Source: a virus (lineage: Duplodnaviria > Caudoviricetes). Taken from it: a DNA stretch of 64,000 nucleotides. The notes beneath the pieces were generated by a model, which did no database searches, was not told where the DNA came from, and was given only the letters and a program-made list of their open reading frames with translations. The position numbers were made by a program, and so were the translations under genes. The stretch lies in the IMG/VR virus record IMGVR_UViG_3300028833_000071. The stretch is one strand, 5' to 3'. Of this stretch, positions 38,835-48,745 are shown piece after piece. Each line of letters opens with the position of its first letter. The first letter of the stretch is position 1.

Positions 38835-39206
38835 ATGCAATTATTTTTGTTACTTTATTTCATTAGTCTTGTTTTGGATTTTTCATTCCAAACGCCTTTT
38901 ATGTCAGAGCACAAATCTAAAAATGATTATGTACTTTTTGTCCATTGTGCCATATGGGGACTTGGTATATGGTTTGCATTGATACCTTTTGGTATGTTTG
39001 CATGGTGGAAATTAATAATGCTGGTCGGTGGCCATTTTCTTATCGACAGGTGGAAATGCCGTGAACATTATAAGTTATGGCCCATGAAAAAAACTTCTTT
39101 GCCTTATGGCGAAGGTTTTAAAAAAGAACCAATGATTTCTGATTGGATGTCATTATATATTGACCAAACATTGCATGTTATACAAATTTTATTATGCTTA
39201 ATATAA
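38835..39206 (+). CDS. DUF3307-like membrane protein
   Basis: DFSFQT, H..IW, HFLID..K, DQTLH. Confidence 0.75.
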   Translation: MQLFLLLYFISLVLDFSFQTPFMSEHKSKNDYVLFVHCAIWGLGIWFALIPFGMFAWWKLIMLVGGHFLIDRWKCREHYKLWPMKKTSLPYGEGFKKEPMISDWMSLYIDQTLHVIQILLCLI

Positions 39207-39230
39207 CAATGGTTTGAATTAACTGAATAA

Positions 39231-39247
39231 TTTGGCACGGTTTTTGT
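39231..39247 (+). promoter_or_regulatory. sigma54-like motif
   Basis: TTTGGCACG-GTTT-TTGT. Confidence 0.7.
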
Positions 39248-39262
39248 AATAACCATTTTGAA

Positions 39263-39312
39263 GTGAACTACCCCTCCCTAAAGTGAGGGGCTTCTTGCTT
39301 GATTAATTAAAA
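39263..39312 (-). mobile_element. Single-hairpin IS605-end mini-element
   Basis: GTGAACTACCCC hairpin GGGG + CTTCTTGCTTGATTAATTAAAA (tail identical to 17619-17640). Confidence 0.7.
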
Positions 39313-39323
39313 ATTAAATTAAA

Positions 39324-39656
39324 ATGACAAAAGCACAAATTGAAACTCTTTTGAGCGAAAAATCTAATGAGTTCAACAACAAAGTGTATGAACTAAAAAA
39401 GAATTATCAAGAATAAAGACAAAAATTATTGAATGAGTATGCTATTGAGTATTCAGAATTTAAAATTGGTGACATTCTTCAATGTAGTGATGTTTACATT
39501 AAAGTCGAAAAAATTTTAGGCGGTTATGACAATCATCAAGACTTATATTATCCAATATATGTTGGCCCTCAATTGACAAAGCGGCTTAAACCCAAAAAAG
39601 ATGGTTCCGCATTTACATTCTTTGGTTATGGTAGAGAAATAATTAAAATTAAATAA
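39324..39656 (+). pseudogene. Hypothetical gene with in-frame TAA at 39414-39416
   Basis: MTKAQIETLL..NYQE*RQKLLNEYA in one frame. Confidence 0.65.
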
Positions 39657-39658
39657 CA

Positions 39659-39916
39659 ATGACACAATTAGAAAGAGAATATTTCAGCACATTTACGCTT
39701 GAACGCCTTAAAGCCTTTTATAATGTGCTATCAAACAAAAAAGCCAACTTTTCAACAGAATATGATTGGCACAATGATTGCGTTGTACATAATGGATGGA
39801 GTTATGTAACAAGAAAATGGCTTAGACCCGGTGGAAAAGTGATTGAAATTAAAATCAATAAACGCAAAGTCCGTAATGCAATTAAAGAGCGTGAAATGCA
39901 ATTTGAAAACAAATAA
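39659..39916 (+). CDS. Hypothetical protein
   Basis: ORF in operon. Confidence 0.6.
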   Translation: MTQLEREYFSTFTLERLKAFYNVLSNKKANFSTEYDWHNDCVVHNGWSYVTRKWLRPGGKVIEIKINKRKVRNAIKEREMQFENK

Positions 39917-39931
39917 TTAAATTTAAATACA

Positions 39932-40744
39932 ATGTTTGATATTTTTGGAATCAGGGCCTATTTTAAGGCAAAAAAAGAAGCTAAAGAAGCTGAAAAACTT
40001 GCTATTGTACAAGAGCAAAAAAGAAAGTACCAAGAGCGCAAGAAAAAGATTAATGATTATCTTGAGGCTTATTATGAGGAAGAAGAGAAAAAATGCCGTG
40101 AAAAACGCAAAAAGGCAAAAAAAAATGCTGATACATTAAATTCTATTTGTCCTAAATGTTATTCAAAGAATATAATTCAAACTATTGTAAGGCAAAAAGG
40201 TGAATTACATGGCACGAATTATTCGTCAAGTTCAATTGACAATTCATTATTTGGCTTTTCTACTTATAGTTCAAGTCACGGAAAGATTGATGGCAATCTT
40301 GATACATATCCAATTAATAAGTGTAAGGATTGTGGCCATGAGTGGAATGTGGCAGTGCCTGAAAAAGTAGAGGAAAACGATATCTATCGTCCTTATTCTT
40401 CTTATATACCTGAATATTTGTACTATCGAATTGAGGAATATCTTGATATGACATATAATCCATATGATGAGAAAGAAGAATTTAATTCGTTGGAAGACAA
40501 ACAAAAATCATATTGTGAAAAGATGTCAAAATCTGGGCTTGTTGAATATTATCGAACTATCCCAAGATATATGGTTGAATATGCTCTCCATGAAGCTTTC
40601 GTTAGTAGCCCATATATAATTGAGGATTTACGAAAAATCTATAACTACCATAAGGATGATGACAAATATTCCTATACAATGTCTGATGAACTTTGGGAAA
40701 TTGTTAAAAAAATACTAAATTGGAAAGGAGAAGAAACAATATGA
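39932..40744 (+). CDS. Zn-ribbon-containing hypothetical protein
   Basis: CPKC..CKDCGHEW. Confidence 0.7.
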   Translation: MFDIFGIRAYFKAKKEAKEAEKLAIVQEQKRKYQERKKKINDYLEAYYEEEEKKCREKRKKAKKNADTLNSICPKCYSKNIIQTIVRQKGELHGTNYSSSSIDNSLFGFSTYSSSHGKIDGNLDTYPINKCKDCGHEWNVAVPEKVEENDIYRPYSSYIPEYLYYRIEEYLDMTYNPYDEKEEFNSLEDKQKSYCEKMSKSGLVEYYRTIPRYMVEYALHEAFVSSPYIIEDLRKIYNYHKDDDKYSYTMSDELWEIVKKILNWKGEETI

Positions 40745-40886
40745 AAACACAACAAGAAAAAGTAATGGAGTGGCTAAAAAAACACGAAATAGGTGGTTCT
40801 CAGGCATGGTGGGATGGCGAGATTTATTACTCCCTTACAGTGAAACAAATCATTAGTATCGCCAAATTTATTAAAAAGAAGGAAAT

Positions 40887-41525
40887 ATGAAAATATCTGA
40901 TTATTTAAAAAATGCCCCTTATGGCTTGGAATTATATTCAATATTACATGGATATGTGTACTTTGAAGAAGTATTTGATGATGTGGGAAAAAGAGATTTT
41001 ATTAAATGCCATACTAACAGTTATAAAACCATTGAATTTGATTCTGAAGGAAAATTATATCCCAGCGGAGAATGTGTACTATTCCCCGAAAAAAATGTTA
41101 CATGGGAAGACGAATGGCAAATTGTAATGTCAAAATCGCCTAAAAAAACTGTTGTAAAAGATTTAAATGGTGATTATTTTGTTTTTGATGGAGATAGATG
41201 GTTTCCTGAAAATCCATCTGAACCATTTTCAACAATTCGCTTTCATAAATTTCTATATGAAGATGCTGAATTTGCTTCAGAAGAAGACAGCAAAATTTTC
41301 TTTAAAAATCTTGAGGAAAACGGCTATTATTGGGATAATGCAAAACAAACCGTAGTAGCAAAAAACAAGAGTATGAATACAATTGATAGACTTAAAAGGT
41401 TGCAAAAAGAGATTGAAGGTTATTATAAACATTTGGAAAATTACACTTATAGCCCATATGAAAGGGTGAAAGAATTCTCCGAAACACTTAAAAAGATTAT
41501 TGAAGACTCTGAAAATTCAAATTAA
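40887..41525 (+). CDS. Hypothetical protein (Bacteroidetes phage type)
   Basis: LYS..HG..FDSEG..ECVLFP. Confidence 0.7.
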   Translation: MKISDYLKNAPYGLELYSILHGYVYFEEVFDDVGKRDFIKCHTNSYKTIEFDSEGKLYPSGECVLFPEKNVTWEDEWQIVMSKSPKKTVVKDLNGDYFVFDGDRWFPENPSEPFSTIRFHKFLYEDAEFASEEDSKIFFKNLEENGYYWDNAKQTVVAKNKSMNTIDRLKRLQKEIEGYYKHLENYTYSPYERVKEFSETLKKIIEDSENSN

Positions 41526-41554
41526 TTTTTGTATATTTAATTAAACTTAATAAA

Positions 41555-41827
41555 ATGACTGATTTAGAATTTGCATTAAAACACACAAGAAAGGCTTCTT
41601 ATGGTAAAGGTGTATTTCCTGATGTTATACCATTGGATTTTGGTATGGATTTTCACCTTGAAACAAAACCTGAACTTTACCCTGAAATACCTGAAAAACG
41701 CACTGTTAGACTGATTATTGAAACATTTCAAGGGTATTGTCCTGGTGCAGTACATTATTATGGCAAATTAGAGGCTGACGGTATTAGTATTATAAAAGAA
41801 GAAACTGATAATAATAAAAAAGAATGA
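41555..41827 (+). CDS. Hypothetical protein, possibly truncated
   Basis: Follows TTGTATATT at 41529. Confidence 0.55.
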   Translation: MTDLEFALKHTRKASYGKGVFPDVIPLDFGMDFHLETKPELYPEIPEKRTVRLIIETFQGYCPGAVHYYGKLEADGISIIKEETDNNKKE

Positions 41828-41830
41828 GGC

Positions 41831-42352
41831 ATGTATACTTATAAGAAAAAATCTGATTTAACTGCAATTGATTATGACATATATCGTAATTATAAATTAT
41901 GTATGGTGGAGTATTATAATTATGAAACGGATGAAGATAGATATATTGACAAAGGTTTTTTTACTTTAAATGATAAAGAACAAGAATGTGGGCAATATTT
42001 GTATCTGTACTTTACATCATTAGACTTAAAAAAACAATGGGGTGATGATTGGGACGATGTACCATATGAATTTAATGCAGGACACCCATATGACCATGAC
42101 GAAAATCAAAATGAAATCGAAATTTTAGTAATAATGGTGCCTAAAGATGGTGTTTCAAATCCTGAATTGCCAAATGATATGTTTTATGGACCTGGCGGAA
42201 CTTGTATATCAATGGCTCAAGTAAATAGCAAATGCTGTGCATGGATTTATATATTTGGGTCAGATAAAAAATGTGACGGTATATCAATACTGGCCGGAGA
42301 TAATCCATCTGAAGTAATAAGAAAACTTAAAATAGGAAATGTGATACTTTAA
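41831..42352 (+). CDS. Conserved phage protein
   Basis: QWGDDWDDVPYEFNAGHPY motif. Confidence 0.7.
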   Translation: MYTYKKKSDLTAIDYDIYRNYKLCMVEYYNYETDEDRYIDKGFFTLNDKEQECGQYLYLYFTSLDLKKQWGDDWDDVPYEFNAGHPYDHDENQNEIEILVIMVPKDGVSNPELPNDMFYGPGGTCISMAQVNSKCCAWIYIFGSDKKCDGISILAGDNPSEVIRKLKIGNVIL

Positions 42353-42424
42353 ATTATTTAAAAATAGATTTTTAGGAGAGCCATGGAAAAAGAAATTTTA
42401 ATTGAATTATCATAATTTAAAAAG

Positions 42425-42441
42425 TTTGGCACAGTTTTTGA
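42425..42441 (+). promoter_or_regulatory. sigma54-like motif
   Basis: TTTGGCACA-GTTT-TTGA. Confidence 0.7.
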
Positions 42442-42492
42442 TAAAGGTGAAAATAGAAATTAAAATTTAGATACATAACAAAAAGAGATTAT

Positions 42493-43029
42493 ATGATTGT
42501 TATTCATATTGACAATGGTTCATCTGATGCTGCAATTCTCTCAAGAATTTATGAGGGACTTGAAAATACAACTGTTTATTACAACAGAAACAAGAGTAAT
42601 ATCAAGAGGCTTCTTAGAATAACAGGCAATGAACCAGTTATGTTGTTGGGTCATGGTAATCCAAATGGTTTGTTTAATATAAGTCAAAATGGTTTTGCTG
42701 TTGGAAGTAATCATATAGAATGGCTTAGAAACAGACCGGTAATTGGTATATTTTGTTATGCTTCAGAATTTGCTGACAAGTATAATTTACACGGTTTTTT
42801 TACTTCTATGTTTATTTCAAATATGCAAGAAGCTATAATGGAACAGAGAGACCAAAATGCCACTGATGAAATAATAGCGGGCCAAACAAAATTATTTTGT
42901 GATAGAATTCGTGAATTAATCATTAACAATACACCTATGTCACAATGGGTTGAAATATTGCAGGGACAAGCCGATTTATCAATACCATTTGTAAGGTTTA
43001 ATTATGAAGCAATGACTTATTTTGAATAA
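42493..43029 (+). CDS. Caspase/gingipain-fold (His-Cys dyad) peptidase-like protein
   Basis: LLGHG and IFCYA motifs. Confidence 0.5.
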   Translation: MIVIHIDNGSSDAAILSRIYEGLENTTVYYNRNKSNIKRLLRITGNEPVMLLGHGNPNGLFNISQNGFAVGSNHIEWLRNRPVIGIFCYASEFADKYNLHGFFTSMFISNMQEAIMEQRDQNATDEIIAGQTKLFCDRIRELIINNTPMSQWVEILQGQADLSIPFVRFNYEAMTYFE

Positions 43030-43050
43030 TATATAAAAATAATAAATGAG

Positions 43051-43644
43051 ATGGAAGAGAAAGATTACAAGATGTCTGACAATCAATTAGCAGCAGAACT
43101 TGCAGAAAAGTTGTATGAGAACTTTTTCAACGAGTTGATGACTGCACTCGAAAATTCAGTAAAGAATTTTGAAAGTGCAATGTGGTCAACTTGTGATGGA
43201 AATGCAATCTCATACTACCAAGGAAAAATACACGCCTTTAAAGAAATATCAAAAAGACTTGTTAAAGAATATAATCTTGTATTAACTAATGAGTTAAAAT
43301 ATAACGGTAATTGTGAGAGAATATTACAGGAAATAAAAAATAGAAAAAATTTAGAAGTAGACTGTTTAATACCGTTTTATAAGTATCGTGGTTCTCGTTT
43401 TTATGATGTAGCAATGAGATTTAGAGGTAAACTTGCAGACCTCCTTGAAGCATTTTCATCAAAGGCATTTTTACTCGGTTTAAAACTTGGAAAGAGTGGA
43501 AAACCAGGCAAATTTAACCCAGTTACCTTCGAGCAACTCTGTGACGAAAAATTTATTGGTCAAGAATTTATGGATGCTGTGAGATATATGGAAGACTCGG
43601 AGTACAGGAAAGAGGTTGATGCAAAAAAATTATTGAAAGATTGA
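43051..43644 (+). CDS. Hypothetical protein
   Basis: ORF. Confidence 0.65.
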   Translation: MEEKDYKMSDNQLAAELAEKLYENFFNELMTALENSVKNFESAMWSTCDGNAISYYQGKIHAFKEISKRLVKEYNLVLTNELKYNGNCERILQEIKNRKNLEVDCLIPFYKYRGSRFYDVAMRFRGKLADLLEAFSSKAFLLGLKLGKSGKPGKFNPVTFEQLCDEKFIGQEFMDAVRYMEDSEYRKEVDAKKLLKD

Positions 43645-43698
43645 GAAAAAATAGTATCATTTCAAATGACGGAAGAATAATTTTAAAAAACAAATACT

Positions 43699-44121
43699 AT
43701 GCAGATAAACGAAATAAACAAACAGTTGTATGAGTCCGCTTTCATACAGAATGGAGAATATGGTTATCACGAGAACAGTTGGAAGCCATCCATCGATGAA
43801 CGTGAAATAGACACTATGTGTGAAGGTGATGACGGTAATTATATTCCGGCAACACCTCTCGGATACAGAGACTATGCAGAGTCAAGACTTATTGCCCTTA
43901 AAAACATTCTCGACCAAGTTCCTTGTGTTGATTTGACAAATGACAGACTTCACAATTTGAAGAGAGAAGACAACACCATCAAACAATATGACAAAATCAA
44001 GGCAGACAAAGGTGATTTCGTTGTTGTCGGTGATGACGAAAATATGTTCTACGTTGTTGGTGGAGACAACCATCTCTATTATGTGGAATATGTGAAAGAG
44101 GGTGTTACAGTAATAAGTTAA
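43699..44121 (+). CDS. Hypothetical protein
   Basis: ORF inside repeat-flanked insert. Confidence 0.65.
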   Translation: MQINEINKQLYESAFIQNGEYGYHENSWKPSIDEREIDTMCEGDDGNYIPATPLGYRDYAESRLIALKNILDQVPCVDLTNDRLHNLKREDNTIKQYDKIKADKGDFVVVGDDENMFYVVGGDNHLYYVEYVKEGVTVIS

Positions 44122-44125
44122 GGTT

Positions 44126-44488
44126 ATGACAATAGACATTGACTACGGAAGAGATACTTTGTTTGATATAGAATATTATCAGGCAAAGGATGAAACAAAG
44201 AAAGAAAAAGACTGTTGGTATTCCGAAATCGATTGTGTTGTATGTGTGAAAGGAATAACACATTTCCTAAAAGACAAATTGAACGACCCGACTTTCAATG
44301 TCGAGGAGTTCATCAACGATTCTGAAAAAATACAAGAAATTCGTGGGTGGCTTTGGGAGACACACGATAACAAACTGTGTGATTTGGATACAAGTTCACA
44401 AAGACACTATCACGTATTCAAACCAGAACTTGATGAAATCGTTAAGAGTTATTGTAGGAAATATGGATTTTCAATCAATATCGACTAA
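44126..44488 (+). CDS. Hypothetical protein
   Basis: ORF inside repeat-flanked insert. Confidence 0.65.
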   Translation: MTIDIDYGRDTLFDIEYYQAKDETKKEKDCWYSEIDCVVCVKGITHFLKDKLNDPTFNVEEFINDSEKIQEIRGWLWETHDNKLCDLDTSSQRHYHVFKPELDEIVKSYCRKYGFSINID

Positions 44489-44489
44489 T

Positions 44490-44627
44490 ATGTGTGACAA
44501 AGATTTCGTTGGTTTCGAAACAGCAAAACTCCTGAAGGAAAAGGGGTTTGATGGACATACCTATGCTTACTATGAAGACGAAGATAATCCCAATATTAGT
44601 CTTTACGCCGGTAAGGCTATAAAATAG
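44490..44627 (+). pseudogene. Truncated member of the FETAKLLKEKGF family
   Basis: N-terminus like 51046 and 59451; cut by the direct repeat. Confidence 0.65.
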
Positions 44628-44638
44628 TATCATTTCAA

Positions 44639-44932
44639 ATGACGGAAGAATTCATAGAAAAATTTTGTATAATTATGGAAATAGAAATGGTAGAAGGCTG
44701 TATGTGTGACAGTTTGACAATAGATGGTGTTGAAGAAATAAATCTGACAGACGAACAGCGTCAAAAATATATTGAAGAAATATGTGAAGGTCTTAAAAAA
44801 GTAATAACCCCAAGAGATTTGAATTATCTTTTACAGCATATTACTTACAATTACGGAAAATCGGAACGCTTATATGATGAACCATGTAGTTGTTGCGGTG
44901 ATTATATATATAGCTATAAACTTAAACTTTAA
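44639..44932 (+). CDS. Hypothetical protein
   Basis: Start lies within repeat; CSCCGD. Confidence 0.6.
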   Translation: MTEEFIEKFCIIMEIEMVEGCMCDSLTIDGVEEINLTDEQRQKYIEEICEGLKKVITPRDLNYLLQHITYNYGKSERLYDEPCSCCGDYIYSYKLKL

Positions 44933-44936
44933 TACA

Positions 44937-45203
44937 ATGACGCAAGAAGAATTAAAATTTAATAATGCCAAAATCAAAGAGGCAAATCTTTTACAGGCAG
45001 AGATTGAAGACCTTGATACTATTTTGTGTAAAATTAAAAGTAGATGGCCAATTTTAGATGTTCGTATATTAATGGATAAATTAGGTTTTAAAATAAATTG
45101 TTCATCTGAAACTTACATTGTTTCAAAGGAACAAGAAAAAGATTTGGTAGAACTGTTGGAAAAGTGGTTAGAAAAAGATAAGCAAAAGTTTTCAAAATTA
45201 TGA
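44937..45203 (+). CDS. Hypothetical protein
   Basis: ORF in operon. Confidence 0.55.
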   Translation: MTQEELKFNNAKIKEANLLQAEIEDLDTILCKIKSRWPILDVRILMDKLGFKINCSSETYIVSKEQEKDLVELLEKWLEKDKQKFSKL

Positions 45204-45262
45204 AAAAGATAATGTTTAATGAGGTTTGGAAAGACATCGATGGAAATTAAAATAAAAAGAAT

Positions 45263-45859
45263 ATGACTAAAAAAATAATGTTTTCAGATAGATTTGGCCT
45301 TACCGCTGCCGTGCTGAGTGGAAAAAAGACCATGACGAGAAGAGTAATTACCAATAAAAATGCACTTGATTCATTATATGAGCAAGAATATATGAAACAA
45401 TTGTGCATAGATTATTCATTTCTAGAAAAATATTCACGTTATCAAATCGGGGAAGTGATTGCTATTGCACAGTCTTATAAAGATTTGGGTTTTAGCGGTA
45501 ATGAAGTATATAGAGACCCTAAGACAAATGAAAGCAAAGGTAATTTATTAAATTCTCCTGCATGGAATAACAAGATGTTTGTAAGAGCAGAAGCCTGTAA
45601 ACATCATATCCGCATTACCAATATACGAATAGAACGTTTACAAGATATTACTGACGAAGATTGTTTGAGAGAAGGTATTTTAAAGCGCGAAATTCGACCT
45701 TTTAATACAATAGAGATTAAATACCAAGTACCTCTAACCACCATTTATAAAGATACACCACGCGAGGCTTTTGCTAATTTAATTGATAAAGTTTCTAAAA
45801 AAGGTACATGGAACTCTAATTCATTCGTTTTTGTTTATGAATTTGAATTAGTTGACTAA
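45263..45859 (+). CDS. ASCH/PUA-like phage protein
   Basis: AVLSGKKTMTRR, IERLQDITDEDCLREG, FVFVYEFEL. Confidence 0.75.
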   Translation: MTKKIMFSDRFGLTAAVLSGKKTMTRRVITNKNALDSLYEQEYMKQLCIDYSFLEKYSRYQIGEVIAIAQSYKDLGFSGNEVYRDPKTNESKGNLLNSPAWNNKMFVRAEACKHHIRITNIRIERLQDITDEDCLREGILKREIRPFNTIEIKYQVPLTTIYKDTPREAFANLIDKVSKKGTWNSNSFVFVYEFELVD

Positions 45860-45880
45860 TTTTTTCTCCCCATTTTATAG

Positions 45881-45897
45881 TTTGGCACGGTTTTTGA
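45881..45897 (+). promoter_or_regulatory. sigma54-like motif
   Basis: TTTGGCACG-GTTT-TTGA; identical copies at 46319, 49124, 50996. Confidence 0.75.
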
Positions 45898-45930
45898 TAA
45901 GATAAAAAAGTAACATTAAAAATTTAAATT

Positions 45931-46173
45931 ATGAACTACGTAATTGAACTTACTTGGAAAGATGATGAAGGCTATGAGTGCAAAGAGTACTTCAATAGTG
46001 TATATGCCGATGATTTTGGTATTCTCAGAGTAACAACTACACCCAATCCTTTGGACGCTAAAATGTTCGTTTTAGTTGAGCCTGAAAACAGAAATTCCAT
46101 TCTGTTGGCCATCAAAAACGTAATGAAACATGCCAAAATAAACGTGAAGAAATTGAACTACAGTCTTGAATAA
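45931..46173 (+). CDS. Hypothetical protein
   Basis: Directly behind sigma54-like motif. Confidence 0.65.
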   Translation: MNYVIELTWKDDEGYECKEYFNSVYADDFGILRVTTTPNPLDAKMFVLVEPENRNSILLAIKNVMKHAKINVKKLNYSLE

Positions 46174-46369
46174 TTGCGAAGAATATCCCGACTGTGAAGG
46201 GCCTTGTGATAAGCCTAACATGTTCACTGATGACGGTAGAATAAATAAAATGCTCAGAGAAGCCTATATTAAAGGCGCTAAGGAGTTTTGTTCCAAAATA
46301 TGAGCACAAATGTTTAAATTTGGCACGGTTTTTGATAAGGAGAATTTAAAAATAATTAAAATTTAAATT

Positions 46370-46573
46370 ATGAATAGCAACAATTCAAACACCCCAAAGT
46401 GGGTAAAGGTAAGCAAGGGTGAAACTTTCACCGAAGATGTTCTTTTTGCAACAAAGGAAGACCTGGAAAAAGGCCGTTTCTGCAACATTATCCACTCTAA
46501 AGGATGTAAAGCCCAAGAAGATGGTTATTATCTAAAATATGAATCATTAGTCAACCTCCCAATTGAACAATAA
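46370..46573 (+). CDS. Hypothetical protein
   Basis: Directly behind sigma54-like motif 46319. Confidence 0.65.
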   Translation: MNSNNSNTPKWVKVSKGETFTEDVLFATKEDLEKGRFCNIIHSKGCKAQEDGYYLKYESLVNLPIEQ

Positions 46574-46584
46574 AATTAAGAATT

Positions 46585-47205
46585 ATGCCTACAGGATTAA
46601 CTTCAAAAATTTATGAAGGCGAAGATACTTCTATAAGGGGATTCGCCTTGCAATGTGTAAGACAACTTGGTTATGGGTATTATGCGTCAAACTACGGAGA
46701 AAATGCACTTCCTTTAGACAAAGCCCCTGATATTAAGCCGAGTAACTACCATAAAGAAGAACTTGAAAAAGCAAACAAGGAACTTGAAGATTTTATGAAT
46801 CTTCAAAAGGACCCTGATGCTTTGCGTAAAAAGTATGAAAAATATTTAAAACAAATCAATGAAGATAAAGAAGAATCAAGAAAGCATAAAGAAAAAATAA
46901 AAGAAAACTATTTGTCGGTTCTTGATAAAGTAGAAAAATGGGATGCTCCAAGCGAATTTGACTCTTTGGTAAAGTTGATGAAAGACCAACTTAACGACTG
47001 CATTAAGTATGATTGCACAACATATGACTATGACAAGAAAGAACTATCAATTGAAGAATGGGCTGAGTCTGAAATCAGTTCAATTAAGTGGCGTATTGAA
47101 TACCATAAAAAAGAATATGAATTAGAAGTCAAACATGTAAAAGAATGTAACGAATATATCCATAAATTGTATGAAGAATTAGATAAAATTGAACCATTGA
47201 AATAA
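46585..47205 (+). CDS. Conserved phage coiled-coil protein
   Basis: MPTGLT..F...C..LG N-terminus. Confidence 0.7.
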   Translation: MPTGLTSKIYEGEDTSIRGFALQCVRQLGYGYYASNYGENALPLDKAPDIKPSNYHKEELEKANKELEDFMNLQKDPDALRKKYEKYLKQINEDKEESRKHKEKIKENYLSVLDKVEKWDAPSEFDSLVKLMKDQLNDCIKYDCTTYDYDKKELSIEEWAESEISSIKWRIEYHKKEYELEVKHVKECNEYIHKLYEELDKIEPLK

Positions 47206-47216
47206 TATATCGAAAT

Positions 47217-47483
47217 ATGAAAAAACTTAATATTCTTAAAAACGGATTTGGTAAAGTTGGCGAAAAATTTTACAATAAATTTACCAATTTCTTGTCTAAT
47301 GGAGGTGGCTATTCACTGTTCGTTATTGCTTTGGTTGGAATAGCACTGGCAATAATTGCTCATTATGGATTGCTTGGATTTAACATTTGGTGGTTCATCT
47401 TCTTTGAACTTCCGTTGTACATCTTTTGTACATGGGCTCTTTGGAAAGCTTACTTAATTTATTTATCGGACAAATTGTTGTAA
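47217..47483 (+). CDS. Membrane protein
   Basis: Two TM segments. Confidence 0.6.
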   Translation: MKKLNILKNGFGKVGEKFYNKFTNFLSNGGGYSLFVIALVGIALAIIAHYGLLGFNIWWFIFFELPLYIFCTWALWKAYLIYLSDKLL

Positions 47484-47496
47484 AATTTAAAAACTT

Positions 47497-47856
47497 ATGA
47501 AAAGCATAGAAATTGACATTAATCAAGACAAGATGGAATACAATGGCGTTGAATATGATTTGAGCTTCGCCATTAAAAAAGATAAAAAGACCATCTTTAA
47601 CGAAGCCATGAGTTCCCATGGTGATACTTTTGAAAAAGAGTATGACAAGGATACGTTCAGAACCGACAAGGTTAGAATCTATGTATCGGAAAGTGGAGAA
47701 TTGTTGTTTGGAATGATAATCTATAAGATTGATTATAAAGACCATAAAAATGGCCGTTATGCTTGCGGTAATTATTACCCATTCTATGAAGCAAAAGACG
47801 GTAAAGGAAAGAGTTTCATGGAATCACATTCATATCAAGGAAGTATTTGTTGGTAA
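47497..47856 (+). CDS. Hypothetical protein
   Basis: ORF. Confidence 0.6.
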   Translation: MKSIEIDINQDKMEYNGVEYDLSFAIKKDKKTIFNEAMSSHGDTFEKEYDKDTFRTDKVRIYVSESGELLFGMIIYKIDYKDHKNGRYACGNYYPFYEAKDGKGKSFMESHSYQGSICW

Positions 47857-47911
47857 TTGGATTTTTGGCATGATTTTTGTATATTTATAGTAAACCTCAA
47901 AAATTTGAATT

Positions 47912-48745
47912 ATGACAAAAGAAGAAATTATCAACAATTTATTTGAAGATTTTACTTGTAAGTTTTGGAAATTGCTAAAGGAAGAAAATCTTGAAGTTAC
48001 TGAAGTAACAAATGATGACATTAAGAACATCTTAGTTGAATTTTTCAACAAAGAAACACTTACACAGGCTGAAAGTTATTTTAGTGATGCGTTAGAGAAT
48101 TATATTGATGGAAGTTACGATAAAGTCAATGGCGAGCTTACCTATGAAGAAAAACAAAAGACACCCGAAAACGACATTGAATATGTTTGGTATAAATGCC
48201 GTATGGAACTTGAAATGGCTGAGAAATGGGTTGAAGCAAACGGTAAGGCCCATACTGACGAAGAGGCTGCAATAATTGCTGCCGACAAATGGTGTGAACT
48301 TCTTTTCGGTTGGCACTTACAAGACAATGGAGCTATTAACGAAGACCATCCTGGCGGCTTTACTGCCTGTGCTTTTGCAACTGTTCTTGCTGATGATGCT
48401 AAACAAGAAATTACCGAGGAAATGAAGCAAAAAGCACATGAACTGTTTAAGCAATACTATTTAAAATTTATTCATTTCAGTAATACTTTTGATTTGAGAG
48501 ATATAGAATGGCTTAGAACAACCTTTAAAAGTAGTGACGAAAAGAAATTCAATTGGGAACATGGATTTAACTATAACATGTATTGTGACTATGACCCAAG
48601 TTGGGCCTTATACACTATCCTTTACAATGCAGGTATTCCAGAAAAGAACATTGATTGTATCTGCCCATGGAAAACAGGAATTTCAATTAGAACCGTTGAC
48701 AACTCAGTTAGGTATCATACTTATCAACATGTAACTGACCTATGA
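47912..48745 (+). CDS. Hypothetical protein, paralog of 57314..58159
   Basis: Shared DKWCELLFGWHLQDNGA, MYCDY.P, CPWKTGISI; sigma54-like motif at 47864. Confidence 0.75.
   Translation: MTKEEIINNLFEDFTCKFWKLLKEENLEVTEVTNDDIKNILVEFFNKETLTQAESYFSDALENYIDGSYDKVNGELTYEEKQKTPENDIEYVWYKCRMELEMAEKWVEANGKAHTDEEAAIIAADKWCELLFGWHLQDNGAINEDHPGGFTACAFATVLADDAKQEITEEMKQKAHELFKQYYLKFIHFSNTFDLRDIEWLRTTFKSSDEKKFNWEHGFNYNMYCDYDPSWALYTILYNAGIPEKNIDCICPWKTGISIRTVDNSVRYHTYQHVTDL

Larger units (their letters stand above)
43648..44651 (+). repeat. 31-bp direct repeats flanking a three-ORF insert
   Basis: AAAATAGTATCATTTCAAATGACGGAAGAAT at 43648-43678 and 44621-44651. Confidence 0.85.
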
